NCBI GenBank assembly: GCA_002772695.1
Contig: PFDI01000021.1
Coordinates: forward strand, 11,495-59,597
Length of the DNA: 48,103 bases
Source: Candidatus Pacebacteria bacterium CG10_big_fil_rev_8_21_14_0_10_44_54
GTDB lineage: Bacteria; Patescibacteriota; Microgenomatia; UBA1400; PJMF01
Reading direction: 5' to 3'
A model generated the notes under the pieces. The model was not told where the DNA came from and made no database searches. It saw nothing but the letters and a program-made list of their open reading frames with translations. Position numbers and translations under genes: made by a program. Numbering within the stretch: position 1 is the first letter of the stretch; the number at the start of each line of letters is the position of its first letter. This document shows positions 37,586-48,054 of this stretch, in pieces.

Positions 37586-40222
37586 CTACTCTACTTCTTT
37601 GTAGGTCAGGGCGACAGCGACAACAGCATCGTCCTCCTTTAGTCGCATCAAAATGACGCCTTGTGTTGGTCGAGTGAGGATGGGGATAGATTTTTTAGTT
37701 AATGGCAGCTTAATTGTCTGGCCATCCTTGGTACTGATAACAACTTCTTCGAATGTTTCATCTACTCGAAGAGCAGCAGCTACCGCGCCAGTACGTTTGG
37801 TAATATCAGAGACTTTCACCCCAAGACCAGATCGCTTTTGGGCTGGATACTGAGACAGTGGTGTACGCTTACCCATACCATTCTCGGTAATAACCAATAA
37901 ATGATCAGTTTTATCGAGATTTTCACTAATTGCCTCGACGCCAACCACATAATCACTCGCACGCAAAGATATGCCTTTAACACCTTTTGTATCGCGCTGT
38001 GAGGCTTTGACTTGTGTTTCGCTAAATCGAATGCATTTTCCCTCGTGTGTAATGAGCAAAATATCGTCCTCTCCAGAGGTGAGTTTGCCCCAAACAAGCT
38101 GGTCATCACTATTGAGCGTGATCGCAATAATGCCGTTTTGACGGATGTTGTTAAAAAGACTAACTGCGGTTTTTTTAATCAAGCCTTTTTTGGTAGCCAA
38201 AGATATGTACTTTTCGGCATCTGCTTGCTCATCTATCACCAGGAGGGAGCGCACTACCTCTTCTGTCTGAAGACTGAGAAGATTTACGACTGCTGTCCCC
38301 TTCGCTTGACGCTGCGTCTCAGGGATTTCGTGAGCCTTCAGCTTGAATACCCGACCAAGATTAGTAAAAAGTAGCAAGGTATCGTGGGTAGAGGCAGTCA
38401 ACAGTGATTGTACGACGTCCTCATCCTTCATTTTTACCCCAATACTCCCCTTTCCACCTCGAGACTGAGAGCGAAACGCGGTTGGGTTGAGTCGCTTTAT
38501 ATAGCCGGTCTGAGTGAGGGTGATAACGGTAGTTTCTTCTGGAATGAGATCTTCTTCGCTCATTTCGCCAATTTTGCCCTTCACAAGTCGAGTTTTTCGC
38601 TCATCACCGTAGGTAGTGATTAATTCTTCGGTTTCTTGGCTAATTACTTCGAGTATTGCTTGTGGATCTTGCAGTAATACTAGGAGTTTTTTAATTGTTT
38701 CTTGAATTTGTTTGTACTCGTCCTCAATTTTTTGCCTTTCGAGTGCTGCCAGGCGTTTTAGCTGCATTTCGAGGATAGCCAACGCTTGCAGCTCACTGAG
38801 GCCAAAACGCTTCATCAGCTGTACTTTTGCAGTTTCGGTGTCGGGAGATTTGCGAATGGTCTCGATTACTTCATCGAGATTCTTGAGGGCAATCAGCAAG
38901 CCTTCGAGTATATGAGCTCGTTTGCCAGCGGCTACCAACTCGTACTGAGTTCTGCGGACAATGATTACTTGACGATGACCGAGATACTCAAGGAGAATTT
39001 GGCGAATATTCATGAGTTGTGGAGTACCCTCGCTATTGAGCGCCACCATGTTCATTGGGAAGCTAGTCTGAAGTTCTGAGTACTTGAAGAGTTTGTTGAG
39101 CACGACTTTGGGGATGGCATCACGCTTGAGCTCGATTGTGATCTGCATTCCTTTTCGGTCGGAGTCGTCATTGAGATCGCGGATGCCAACAATTTTTTTG
39201 TCACGCACGAGATCTGCAATTTTCATCAGGAGGCGAGCTTTGTTAACTTGGTATGGCAGCTCGGTTACGATGATTTGAAAGCCTTTCTTGTCTTCCACAA
39301 TCTCAGCTTTAGCTCGCATGACTACTCTACCCTTGCCAGTCCGGTAGCCTTCGATAATAGCCTTGGAATCGTACATGATGCCGCCAGTTGGAAAATCAGG
39401 ACCTTTGATGATCTCCATGATGTTATCGATGGTTGTCTCACTAATGAGTGTGCCTGAAAGTACTTTTGGATCAGTTTGTGCCAATTTTTCGATCAGTGCT
39501 GCTTGGGTTTGTGTTGTCTCAGTTGCTTCTACCACCTGCGGCTCAATCGTTGCCTTGCTATTTTTGAGAACGAGTAAAATTGCCTGACAGATTTCAACAA
39601 GATTGTGTGGAGGGATTTTGGTTGCCATACCGACGGCAATACCTTCTGAGCCCATCAGGAGCAGATTTGGCAATTTGGCAGGCATAACCAGTGGTTCTTT
39701 GAGTGAGCCGTCAAAATTGTCGCCCATTGGTACTGTTTCTTTATCTAGATCGACCAACAATTCTGAGCTGATTCGAGCCAGGCGAGCTTCGGTATACCGC
39801 ATAGCTGCGGGGCTATCACCATCGACAGACCCAAAATTTCCTTGTCCATCAATCAATTGATAGCGCATGCTAAAATCTTGCGCCAGACGAACTAATGCCA
39901 TGTAGACGGGTGCGTCACCATGGGGGTGATACTTGCCCAACACGTCACCGACAATACGAGCAGATTTTTTATAACTGCTTGTGTGGTGAATGCCGCTCTT
40001 GTACATCGAATAGAGAATCCTGCGATGAACGGGCTTGAGGCCGTCACGAACATCTGGCAGCGCGCGAGAGACGATGACGCTCATAGCATAGTCGAGATAG
40101 CTTTGCTTCATTTCGCTCTCGATGGAGGTGTAGCGCAGTTTGCCGTAGCGAGATTCTTCTACAGAACCAATTGCTGGCTTGTTTTCTTCTGCTGGTTGCT
40201 CGTTTTCTGCTTGATCAGTCAT
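37586..40222 (-). CDS. gyrA: DNA gyrase subunit A
   Basis: [21 protein letters not shown] and GyrA-box QSRGGKG. Confidence 0.97.
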   Translation of the reverse strand: MTDQAENEQPAEENKPAIGSVEESRYGKLRYTSIESEMKQSYLDYAMSVIVSRALPDVRDGLKPVHRRILYSMYKSGIHHTSSYKKSARIVGDVLGKYHPHGDAPVYMALVRLAQDFSMRYQLIDGQGNFGSVDGDSPAAMRYTEARLARISSELLVDLDKETVPMGDNFDGSLKEPLVMPAKLPNLLLMGSEGIAVGMATKIPPHNLVEICQAILLVLKNSKATIEPQVVEATETTQTQAALIEKLAQTDPKVLSGTLISETTIDNIMEIIKGPDFPTGGIMYDSKAIIEGYRTGKGRVVMRAKAEIVEDKKGFQIIVTELPYQVNKARLLMKIADLVRDKKIVGIRDLNDDSDRKGMQITIELKRDAIPKVVLNKLFKYSELQTSFPMNMVALNSEGTPQLMNIRQILLEYLGHRQVIIVRRTQYELVAAGKRAHILEGLLIALKNLDEVIETIRKSPDTETAKVQLMKRFGLSELQALAILEMQLKRLAALERQKIEDEYKQIQETIKKLLVLLQDPQAILEVISQETEELITTYGDERKTRLVKGKIGEMSEEDLIPEETTVITLTQTGYIKRLNPTAFRSQSRGGKGSIGVKMKDEDVVQSLLTASTHDTLLLFTNLGRVFKLKAHEIPETQRQAKGTAVVNLLSLQTEEVVRSLLVIDEQADAEKYISLATKKGLIKKTAVSLFNNIRQNGIIAITLNSDDQLVWGKLTSGEDDILLITHEGKCIRFSETQVKASQRDTKGVKGISLRASDYVVGVEAISENLDKTDHLLVITENGMGKRTPLSQYPAQKRSGLGVKVSDITKRTGAVAAALRVDETFEEVVISTKDGQTIKLPLTKKSIPILTRPTQGVILMRLKEDDAVVAVALTYKEVE

Positions 40223-40228
40223 ATGTCA

Positions 40229-40723
40229 TTACTTTTTTACTCGATCTATTCCTTGTTGGAGTACTTTTGTGGCCATTTTTGCATCTTGCCAGTTATGTAG
40301 CTTGACCCACTTGCCTTCTTCCAAGTCCTTGTAGTGTTCAAAAAAGTGTCGAATTTGTTGCTTTTTAGCTTCTGGAACGTCTGAGAGACTTTCCCAGGCT
40401 CCACAAATTGGATCAATCTTAGTTTTCACTGGTACACAGACCAATTTATGATCAATGCCTTCTTCATCCTCCATCTCTAGCATACCAATAACTTTGCAAC
40501 TAATCGTCACACCAGGCACAACTTGTTGGCTGAGAAATACGAGCGCGTCGAGTGCGTCGCCATCTTCGCCAACCGTCCCCTCGATAAGTCCATAGTTGAC
40601 GGGGTAGTCCATTGCAACAGGCACCAGACGATCAACAGTCAACTGGTTGGTCGCTTCATCTAACTCATACTTAACCCGAGATCCTTCAGGAATTTCAATG
40701 TAGACGGTTACTGTTTCTGCCAT
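40229..40723 (-). CDS. ppa: Inorganic pyrophosphatase (family I)
   Basis: EIP, KYE, YP.NYG, DGDALD and FFEHYKDLE. Confidence 0.95.
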   Translation of the reverse strand: MAETVTVYIEIPEGSRVKYELDEATNQLTVDRLVPVAMDYPVNYGLIEGTVGEDGDALDALVFLSQQVVPGVTISCKVIGMLEMEDEEGIDHKLVCVPVKTKIDPICGAWESLSDVPEAKKQQIRHFFEHYKDLEEGKWVKLHNWQDAKMATKVLQQGIDRVKK

Positions 40724-40737
40724 ACTATGGTCCTTTC

Positions 40738-42756
40738 TTATATATCCAATTCTGCTAATTGCGCATGTGACTGAATAAACTTTTTGCGTGGCGCGACATC
40801 ATCTCCCATTAAAGTACTAAAAGTTATGTCGGCAGCATCGGCATCTTCGATCGTAATGCGCTTGAGCATGCGTGTCTGTGGGTTCATAGTAGTGTCCCAG
40901 AGTTGTGTTTCGTTCATTTCTCCCAAACCTTTGTAGCGCTGAATGCTAATTTTTGCTGATGGCGTCTCAATCTCGATCTCTGCCACTCGTTTTTCGCGTT
41001 CTTCATCTGAGTAGACATAAATGTCATTTTTGCCTGCTGTAATCCTGAAAAGTGGTGGCATTGCCACGTAGAGGTAGCCGCCTTCGACAATTTCGGGCAA
41101 ATGGCGAAAGAAAAAAGTAAGGCCAAGTGTAGTAATATGCTCACCATCGACGTCGGCATCATTCATGAGGATAATGCGATGATAGCGCAGTTTTTCTGGC
41201 TTGAATGTGTCGCCAATACCAGCACCAAGTGCAATAACAAGATTTTTGAGTTCTTCGAAGGCGACAATTTTATCGAGTCTGGCACGCTCGGTATTCAAAA
41301 TTTTACCGCGTAGCGGAAAGATAGCCTGAAACTTGCGATCTCTCCCTTGCTTGGCAGTGCCACCAGCTGAATCACCTTCTACAATGTAAATTTCACTTTC
41401 GGCGGCGACTTTGGATTGACAATCGGCCAACTTGCCAGGCAATGAGCTGCCCTCAAACAAGCCTTTGCGGATAACTGCTTCTTTGGCAGCGCGAGCCGCG
41501 AGGCGAGCGCGAGCTGACAACAAAACTTTACCAATGATATTGCGAGCTGCTTGGGGGTTTTCCTCGAAGTACTCGGTTAGTTTGTCACGCAAGATTTTAT
41601 AGACTGCCGACTGTGCCTCAGTGTTATTCAATTTTGCCTTTGTTTGTGACTCAAACTGCAGGTCGTTGGACGACATTTTGACAAACACAACAGCAGTCAA
41701 GCCTTCTCGAAGATCTTCAGAGGTAAATGATTCTTTATCTTTGATCAAATTATTTTTATCGGCGTAATCTCGTACCACTTTGCTGAGTGCCATGCGAAAA
41801 CCATTGACGTGTGCCCCACCGTCTGCGGTGTGAATCACATTGACGTACGACTCGAGTCGTTCGTTGTATGAGTCGTTGTATTGAAGCGCGATCTCGGCAG
41901 CAATCTGAAATTTGCCTGTATCGTCAGTCCAGGTATCTTCGCAGTACATGACTGGGTGCAGCGTCTTCTTGTTCATATTGAGGTGTTCGACCAACGACTT
42001 AATGCCGTTTTCAAAGTAATAGTCGTGTTCTTGGTTGGTGATGAAGTCGCGAAACTGAAAGTACAGACCAGCCATAAGGTAGGCTCGGTCCTTAATGGCT
42101 TCAATCAATGTTTTGTAGGAAAACTCAGTTGTCGAAAATATCTCCGGATCGGGAATAAAGCGTAAAATAGTGCCCGTTTGATAGCCAACAAATGCACCGT
42201 GCTCCTTGGGGAATAATTTTTTAGCCTCTGTTTCGGAGATGACGGCGACTGTTTTCTCTGGATTGCCGCGATTGTAAGATTGATAGTGATACTTGCCATT
42301 GCGCTTGACGAGTACTTGCAAAACTGCACTGAGTGCATTTACTGCAGATGAACCAACGCCGTGTAAGCCTCCCGAAGCTTTGTATGCTGAGTCTTCAAAC
42401 TTGCCGCCGGCGTGGAGTTTGGTCAAGACTACTTCGAGAGCAGAAACGCCAGACGTGTGCATACCAACGGGAATACCACGACCATTATCTACGACTGAGA
42501 TAGCTTCAGCGCCGAGCGCTCGTTTGCCTGCAAGCTGTTGTTCTATTTCGGTTGGTTTGTCGCGAAATATCTGGATAACTTTGCCGTATCCGACCAAGGC
42601 TTCATCGACTGCATTATCGAGGATTTCTTTGGCAAGATGATGGAGACCTTTGCTATCGGTCGAGCCGATATACATGCCTGGACGTTTTCGAACAGGCTCA
42701 AGTCCCTCGAGTACTTTGATTTCTGCAGCTTCGTATGATGATACTTTGTCGGCCAT
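40738..42756 (-). CDS. gyrB: DNA gyrase subunit B
   Basis: VRKRPGMYIG, GLHGVG, EGDSAGG, PLRGK and QRYKGLGEM. Confidence 0.96.
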   Translation of the reverse strand: MADKVSSYEAAEIKVLEGLEPVRKRPGMYIGSTDSKGLHHLAKEILDNAVDEALVGYGKVIQIFRDKPTEIEQQLAGKRALGAEAISVVDNGRGIPVGMHTSGVSALEVVLTKLHAGGKFEDSAYKASGGLHGVGSSAVNALSAVLQVLVKRNGKYHYQSYNRGNPEKTVAVISETEAKKLFPKEHGAFVGYQTGTILRFIPDPEIFSTTEFSYKTLIEAIKDRAYLMAGLYFQFRDFITNQEHDYYFENGIKSLVEHLNMNKKTLHPVMYCEDTWTDDTGKFQIAAEIALQYNDSYNERLESYVNVIHTADGGAHVNGFRMALSKVVRDYADKNNLIKDKESFTSEDLREGLTAVVFVKMSSNDLQFESQTKAKLNNTEAQSAVYKILRDKLTEYFEENPQAARNIIGKVLLSARARLAARAAKEAVIRKGLFEGSSLPGKLADCQSKVAAESEIYIVEGDSAGGTAKQGRDRKFQAIFPLRGKILNTERARLDKIVAFEELKNLVIALGAGIGDTFKPEKLRYHRIILMNDADVDGEHITTLGLTFFFRHLPEIVEGGYLYVAMPPLFRITAGKNDIYVYSDEEREKRVAEIEIETPSAKISIQRYKGLGEMNETQLWDTTMNPQTRMLKRITIEDADAADITFSTLMGDDVAPRKKFIQSHAQLAELDI

Positions 42757-42811
42757 AAATGTGTCCGTATTGACGGCCTATTGTATATCACACCTGACTA
42801 CTAGAGTCCAG

Positions 42812-43498
42812 TCAGCTGGCGTTGTGCCGACTTAGTCGAAAAAAGAGTCCCTCCATTACCAATCGTGTATTGGTGTTATTTGCTAACTGATCAAGCGCAA
42901 CTAAACAGTAATCGATGTTTGCGAGTGTTGTTTGCAAGGTTGGTAGGTTTGTATCCTGGGGTAATACTTCATTTCGCAAAAATCTAACCAGCGCTTCTAC
43001 CACTGGCAGTGTTTCGTCTCGTTTTTTGTAGTTCTCGGCGGTTTTTATCGCATTGCTGATACTGAGTTGTTGCCAGTTGGCATAGTTTTCTGCAGATTTT
43101 TGATCTTGCTGTTTTGCGACGGCTATAATCTGTCGCTCGTGGCAGCGGGAGCGGATTGTCGCCAGTAGGGCTTGTGGTTTGGACGAGACGAGGACAATCT
43201 GGGTGTTGCTTGGTGGTTCTTCGAGTAATTTGAGCAATGCGTGTTGGGCTTGGACGGTCAACAAGTCGGCGTAGAGCAAAAAAACAAACCGTTTGGTACC
43301 AGAGCTGAAACCGAGTTGTTCTTGGAGCTGTCGAATCTGATCAATGCCAGTACGAGTAGCTTCCTCGTTTTGCCAAATACTGGAGGTGTTGTTTGCTACC
43401 TGCTTGAGGACAAGTTGCTTTTGGTCTGCTTTTGCTGTCACACTCCAGAGTTCTGTGGGGTAATGTCGGCTGGTAATTGCTTGTGGCGCTGTGATCAT
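42812..43498 (-). CDS. holB: DNA polymerase III delta'-like subunit (reduced)
   Basis: IDQIR, AQHALLKLLEEPP and LLATIRSRC. Confidence 0.8.
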   Translation of the reverse strand: MITAPQAITSRHYPTELWSVTAKADQKQLVLKQVANNTSSIWQNEEATRTGIDQIRQLQEQLGFSSGTKRFVFLLYADLLTVQAQHALLKLLEEPPSNTQIVLVSSKPQALLATIRSRCHERQIIAVAKQQDQKSAENYANWQQLSISNAIKTAENYKKRDETLPVVEALVRFLRNEVLPQDTNLPTLQTTLANIDYCLVALDQLANNTNTRLVMEGLFFRLSRHNAS

Positions 43499-43536
43499 TT
43501 ATAGTTATTGTACTTATAACCTCTGGTTTACTTTGT

Positions 43537-45303
43537 ATGCAACAGTCTGCCCCGACGCCAGCGCCCGCCAAAAACTTTAATAACATTCTTGACGTACTGG
43601 TAAGCAAGGGTCAACTCACTGCTGAGCTGGCCAACGTACTGCAGGTTGAGAATATCAGCACTGGCAAGTCATTTGAAGAGCTCATTGTCGAAAAAAATAT
43701 TATTGACGAACAGTCATTTGCACAAGCAAAGGCAATTTTTCATAATGTACCATACATCAATCTTAATGAGGTTGGTGTTGCTCCAGAGGCAATTAGTCTT
43801 TTGCCAGAAGGTTCGGCGCGGCACTACAAAATGTTGCCGTTTATATACGAAAAAGAATCTGGCTTGCTCAAAGTAGCGATGATCGATCCGCTCGATCTGA
43901 GTGCGATTGACTTTGCCCAGCAAAAAACTGGCTTACGGGTTGAGGCGTACTACACACCACCCTCAGTTTTGGAGCAAAAATTGGCTGAGTACTACTCCCA
44001 GACTCTGACGGGAGAAGTCACCGCTGCTCTCGAACAAACAACGCAAGTAGCAGAAGATTTGGCTGAAAAACAGAATTTTTCAGAACTTTCTGGTAAAACA
44101 ATTAAGCAGGCGCCGATCACCAAGATTGTCGAAACAGTTTTGGCATTTGCCATGAAAGCTCGCGCCTCCGATGTGCATATTGAGCCACAAGAAGATCGGA
44201 CCCGCATCAGATATCGTATCGATGGTATTTTGAGTGAAAAACTTATTCTTCCTCGCAGCGTACACGACGCAGTGGTGTCGCGTATCAAAATTTTGAGTAA
44301 GCTCAAGATTGATGAGAAACGCGTACCGCAAGATGGTCGTTTTGGTTTTGCACAACAGGGACAGCAGATTGATTTGCGCGTCTCGACACTTCCGACGATT
44401 CACGGCGAAAAAATAGTGATGCGTCTACTCAAAAAGGACCAGGCAGTGCCGCCGTTGCCAGACCTTGGATTGACAGGGTTTGCGCTGCGCAACATGCAAG
44501 ATGCGATCAAAGTGCCACACGGCATTGTCTTGATCACCGGTCCAACTGGTTCGGGCAAAACCACTACGCTCTACTCTGTTTTGCATACGATAAACACGCC
44601 AAAAGTGAATATTATGACCCTTGAAGATCCTGTTGAGTACCAAATGCCTGGTATCAACCAGGTACAGATTAATCCGCAGGCAGGTCTTACATTTGCCTCT
44701 GGTTTGCGGTCATTTTTGCGACAAGACCCCAACGTAATTATGGTCGGTGAAATCAGAGACAGTGAAACCGCCGAGCTTGCGATTCAAGCCTCCCTGACTG
44801 GTCACTTGGTTTTCTCTACTCTGCACACGTCCTCTGCCGCTGGTGCGCTGCCGCGTTTGCTCGATATGGGTGCAGAGCCATTTTTGCTCGCATCGTCGAT
44901 GACATTGGTAGCAGGACAACGGGTGGCACGAGTCCTCAATCCCGATTTTAAGGAAGCCTACACGCCAGAGCCAGAAGTAGTAGCCGATATCAAACAAGTT
45001 CTTGGCGTTCAGTACGAGCAGTTTTGCAAAGAGAAAAATCTTGATCCAGCCAACCTAAAGCTGTATCGATCTCGAGCCGATCGGCCAGAAAACCAGCTTG
45101 AGTACAAGGGTCGAGTGGCTATTTTTGAAGTCATACGAATTACCGAGGCAATTTCCAAATTAATCTTGCAACGTGCGCCAGCTAGTGATGTCGAAAAGGT
45201 AGCCAAATCACAGGGTTCGCTTGTTATGAAGCAGGATGGTTATCTCAAGGCTTTGGAGGGACTAACTACTTTAGAGGAAGTACTGCGGGTAGCAGAGATA
45301 TAA
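43537..45303 (+). CDS. pilB: Type IV pilus assembly ATPase PilB/GspE
   Basis: ASDVHIEP, PQDGR, GPTGSGKTT, LRQDP and TGHLVFSTLH. Confidence 0.93.
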   Translation: MQQSAPTPAPAKNFNNILDVLVSKGQLTAELANVLQVENISTGKSFEELIVEKNIIDEQSFAQAKAIFHNVPYINLNEVGVAPEAISLLPEGSARHYKMLPFIYEKESGLLKVAMIDPLDLSAIDFAQQKTGLRVEAYYTPPSVLEQKLAEYYSQTLTGEVTAALEQTTQVAEDLAEKQNFSELSGKTIKQAPITKIVETVLAFAMKARASDVHIEPQEDRTRIRYRIDGILSEKLILPRSVHDAVVSRIKILSKLKIDEKRVPQDGRFGFAQQGQQIDLRVSTLPTIHGEKIVMRLLKKDQAVPPLPDLGLTGFALRNMQDAIKVPHGIVLITGPTGSGKTTTLYSVLHTINTPKVNIMTLEDPVEYQMPGINQVQINPQAGLTFASGLRSFLRQDPNVIMVGEIRDSETAELAIQASLTGHLVFSTLHTSSAAGALPRLLDMGAEPFLLASSMTLVAGQRVARVLNPDFKEAYTPEPEVVADIKQVLGVQYEQFCKEKNLDPANLKLYRSRADRPENQLEYKGRVAIFEVIRITEAISKLILQRAPASDVEKVAKSQGSLVMKQDGYLKALEGLTTLEEVLRVAEI

Positions 45304-45310
45304 GGAGATT

Positions 45311-46366
45311 ATGAATATCCATGACATCATGATGCAGGTAGTTGAAAAGGAGGGATCAGACATTCATCTTAATGTCGATACACCGCCAATGTTGCGAGTT
45401 GGTGGCAAACTTGTTGCAGTCGAGGGTGCACCTGTTTTGACCCAAGAGCTATCAGAAAAACTCATTCTGCCGATCTTAACCCAAGAGCAAAAAGATTATG
45501 TCCGTGTCAACAAAGAACTCGATTTTGGCTATCAATTTCAGGACAAAGGAAGATTTCGCGTCAATGTCTTCCACGCGCTCGGTACGATTGGTGCAGCTAT
45601 GCGCCTTATTCCTGACAGAGTTAAGTCGCTCGAGGAGTTGAACCTTCCTCCAGCCATTGCCCAGTTTGCCGACTTTAACCAAGGACTCGTGCTTTTGACT
45701 GGACCAACCGGCGAAGGAAAATCGACAACTTTGGCAGCACTCATTGATACTATCAACAAAACTCGATCAGAACACATTGTGACGATCGAAGATCCAATCG
45801 AGTTTCGCTACCGAGCAAATAAGAGTATTATTACCCAACGTGAGATTGGGCACGATAGCAATAGTTGGCAGGTAGCGCTTCGCTCTGTTTTGCGAGAAGA
45901 TCCAGATGTTGTATTGATCGGCGAAATGCGCGACTTCGAAACAATTGCCTCGGCAATTACTATTGCCGAGACTGGCCACTTAGTTTTTGCCACTCTCCAC
46001 ACCGCGACCGCAGCCGAGACAATGAGTCGTATTATCGATGTTTTTCCAGCTGGTCAACAAGGCCAGATTCGCCAACAACTTGCAGCGACCGTCAAGGCTG
46101 TTGCGTCACAGCGACTTTTGCCAGCTGTAGATGGCTCACGCAGAGCTGCAATGGAAATCATGTTTGCCAACTCGGCAATTCGCAATCTTATTCGCGAAGA
46201 AAAGGCTTTCCAAATCGACACAGTCATGCAAACTTCGGCAGATTCTGGCATGATGTTATTCGAGACACATTTAATGCAACTGATTCAACAAGGAATTATT
46301 AGCAAAGATGTAGCGCTTGAGCGGGCCTTTCGTCCTGCTGAGATGGCGCGTTTGCTCGAGAAGTAA
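45311..46366 (+). CDS. pilT: Type IV pilus retraction ATPase
   Basis: GPTGEGKST, EDPIE, LREDPD and AIRNLIRE. Confidence 0.95.
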   Translation: MNIHDIMMQVVEKEGSDIHLNVDTPPMLRVGGKLVAVEGAPVLTQELSEKLILPILTQEQKDYVRVNKELDFGYQFQDKGRFRVNVFHALGTIGAAMRLIPDRVKSLEELNLPPAIAQFADFNQGLVLLTGPTGEGKSTTLAALIDTINKTRSEHIVTIEDPIEFRYRANKSIITQREIGHDSNSWQVALRSVLREDPDVVLIGEMRDFETIASAITIAETGHLVFATLHTATAAETMSRIIDVFPAGQQGQIRQQLAATVKAVASQRLLPAVDGSRRAAMEIMFANSAIRNLIREEKAFQIDTVMQTSADSGMMLFETHLMQLIQQGIISKDVALERAFRPAEMARLLEK

Positions 46367-46369
46367 CCT

Positions 46370-47572
46370 ATGCCATTTTTTGCCTATACAGCCAAGAATG
46401 AATTTGGAGAAAATCTGCGCGGCAAGGTCGAGGCACGCAATGTTCATCAGGCAGCGAGCGTACTCAAGGAGAGAAATCTCTTGGTTATTCAGCTCAAGCC
46501 TCTAACAGAAGACGCCTTTGCTCCGCTCAAGGCCATGTTTGTTGGTGTCAAGACCGATGACATCGTCAATTTTACTCGCCAGCTTTCTACTATGATTTCG
46601 GCTGGTTTGCCGCTCGCCTCTTCTCTTTCTATCCTCGTCCAGCAAAGCAAGCCAGAAATGTCTCGTCTTACCGCCGCAATTCTCGAAGACGTCGAGGGTG
46701 GTATTTCGTTTGCCGACGCGCTCGAAAAACACCCGGATGCTTTCGATAATCTCTACACACAGTTGGTCCGAGCCGGAGAGCTTGGTGGCGTGCTCGACGA
46801 AGTTCTTGCGCGTCTAGCCGAGAACATGGAAAAGTCCAAAGCGTTTCGAGCCAAAACCAAGGGCGCCATGATTTATCCCGTGATTGTTTTGCTTGCGATG
46901 GTGATTGTTGGTTTTATCATGATGATTTTTGTTATCCCCAAATTGACTGCTATGTACACCGACTTTGGTGCAGAACTACCACTTGCGACCAGAGCGCTCA
47001 TCGGTATCTCAGAATTTATGAAGACTTTTTGGTGGCTGTTTATCGGCGGTGGTATTGGCGGATTCTTGGCCTTTAAACGTTGGATAAAAACAGAAAGTGG
47101 GAGAGCAATTTGGCATACATTTATTCTACGTATTCCGATTATTGGTGTCCTGAATACCAAAATTGTGTTGACTGAGTTTGCCCGAACAACATCTCTCCTA
47201 ATTGGCGCTGGTGTTTCACTGCTTAACGCTTTAGAAATTGTGACAAAAGGCGTGAGCAACCAGGTTTATCAATCCGCACTCGAGGATGCGACAAAGGATG
47301 TCGAAAAAGGTGTGCCACTCTCTGAAGCGCTCGAGCGGGGCGCGGCGTTTCCACCAATTCTTTTTCAGATGACAGCGGTAGGAGAAGAAACTGGCAAACT
47401 CGATGAAATTCTCAAAAAGTTATCAGATTACTTTGAGCAAGAAAGTGAGCAAGCGGTCAAGAACCTTACTGCAGCTATGGAGCCACTGATTATGGTAGTG
47501 CTTGGTATTGGCGTGGGTGCTATGGTAATTGCCATTATCATGCCTATCTACAACTTGACGAGCCAGTTTTAG
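46370..47572 (+). CDS. pilC: Type IV pilus platform protein PilC/GspF
   Basis: FTRQLSTM, AGE.GG.L, AMIYP, GEETGKLD and MEP. Confidence 0.94.
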   Translation: MPFFAYTAKNEFGENLRGKVEARNVHQAASVLKERNLLVIQLKPLTEDAFAPLKAMFVGVKTDDIVNFTRQLSTMISAGLPLASSLSILVQQSKPEMSRLTAAILEDVEGGISFADALEKHPDAFDNLYTQLVRAGELGGVLDEVLARLAENMEKSKAFRAKTKGAMIYPVIVLLAMVIVGFIMMIFVIPKLTAMYTDFGAELPLATRALIGISEFMKTFWWLFIGGGIGGFLAFKRWIKTESGRAIWHTFILRIPIIGVLNTKIVLTEFARTTSLLIGAGVSLLNALEIVTKGVSNQVYQSALEDATKDVEKGVPLSEALERGAAFPPILFQMTAVGEETGKLDEILKKLSDYFEQESEQAVKNLTAAMEPLIMVVLGIGVGAMVIAIIMPIYNLTSQF

Positions 47573-47602
47573 GTATCTAGATAACCCTGCTATACTATTG
47601 GC

Positions 47603-47827
47603 ATAAAGCAAGCACAGCAAAAAACACTATCTACCCGCGGTCTTCATGCACTTATTTGGCAAGAGGAGGATGTGTTTGTATCAAAATGCGTCGAGCTGGA
47701 AGTTGCTAGTCAAGGTGCAACCGAGCAGGAAGCGTTGGCAAATCTTGAAGAAGCCTTGCAACTATTTTTCGAGAATGAGCCAGTAAAAGCGTCTGGTCTT
47801 ACCAATCTACGCATTGTGCCACTGTAG
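47603..47827 (+). pseudogene. hicB: HicB-family antitoxin; no canonical start codon at the expected position (ATA)
   Basis: Manual translation ...LHALIWQEEDVFVSKCVELEVASQGATEQEALANLEEALQLFFE...; not in the ORF track. Confidence 0.75.
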
Positions 47828-47829
47828 TT

Positions 47830-48054
47830 ATGCCTAGGCGCTATTCTGCCAAGGAAGTGCTTAAAGCGTTAAAAAATTTGGTTTTGTGAAAGTCTCACAA
47901 AAAGGTAGTCATATAAAACTGCGTGGCGTGAGAGATGGCAAGCTTCAGACAGTGATTGTCCCCAACCATAAGCAGATTGCTGCTGGTACGCTCTCGAGCA
48001 TTCTTACATCAGGCTGCTCTCTCTAAGAGAGAGTTTGAAAGCGTTTTGCTATAA
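47830..48054 (+). pseudogene. hicA: HicA-family toxin with two frameshifts
   Basis: MPRRYSAKEVLKALK / FGFVKVSQKGSHIKL...VIVPNHKQIAAGTLSSIL / HQAALSKREFESVLL, with frame changes near 47875 and 48006. Confidence 0.8.
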
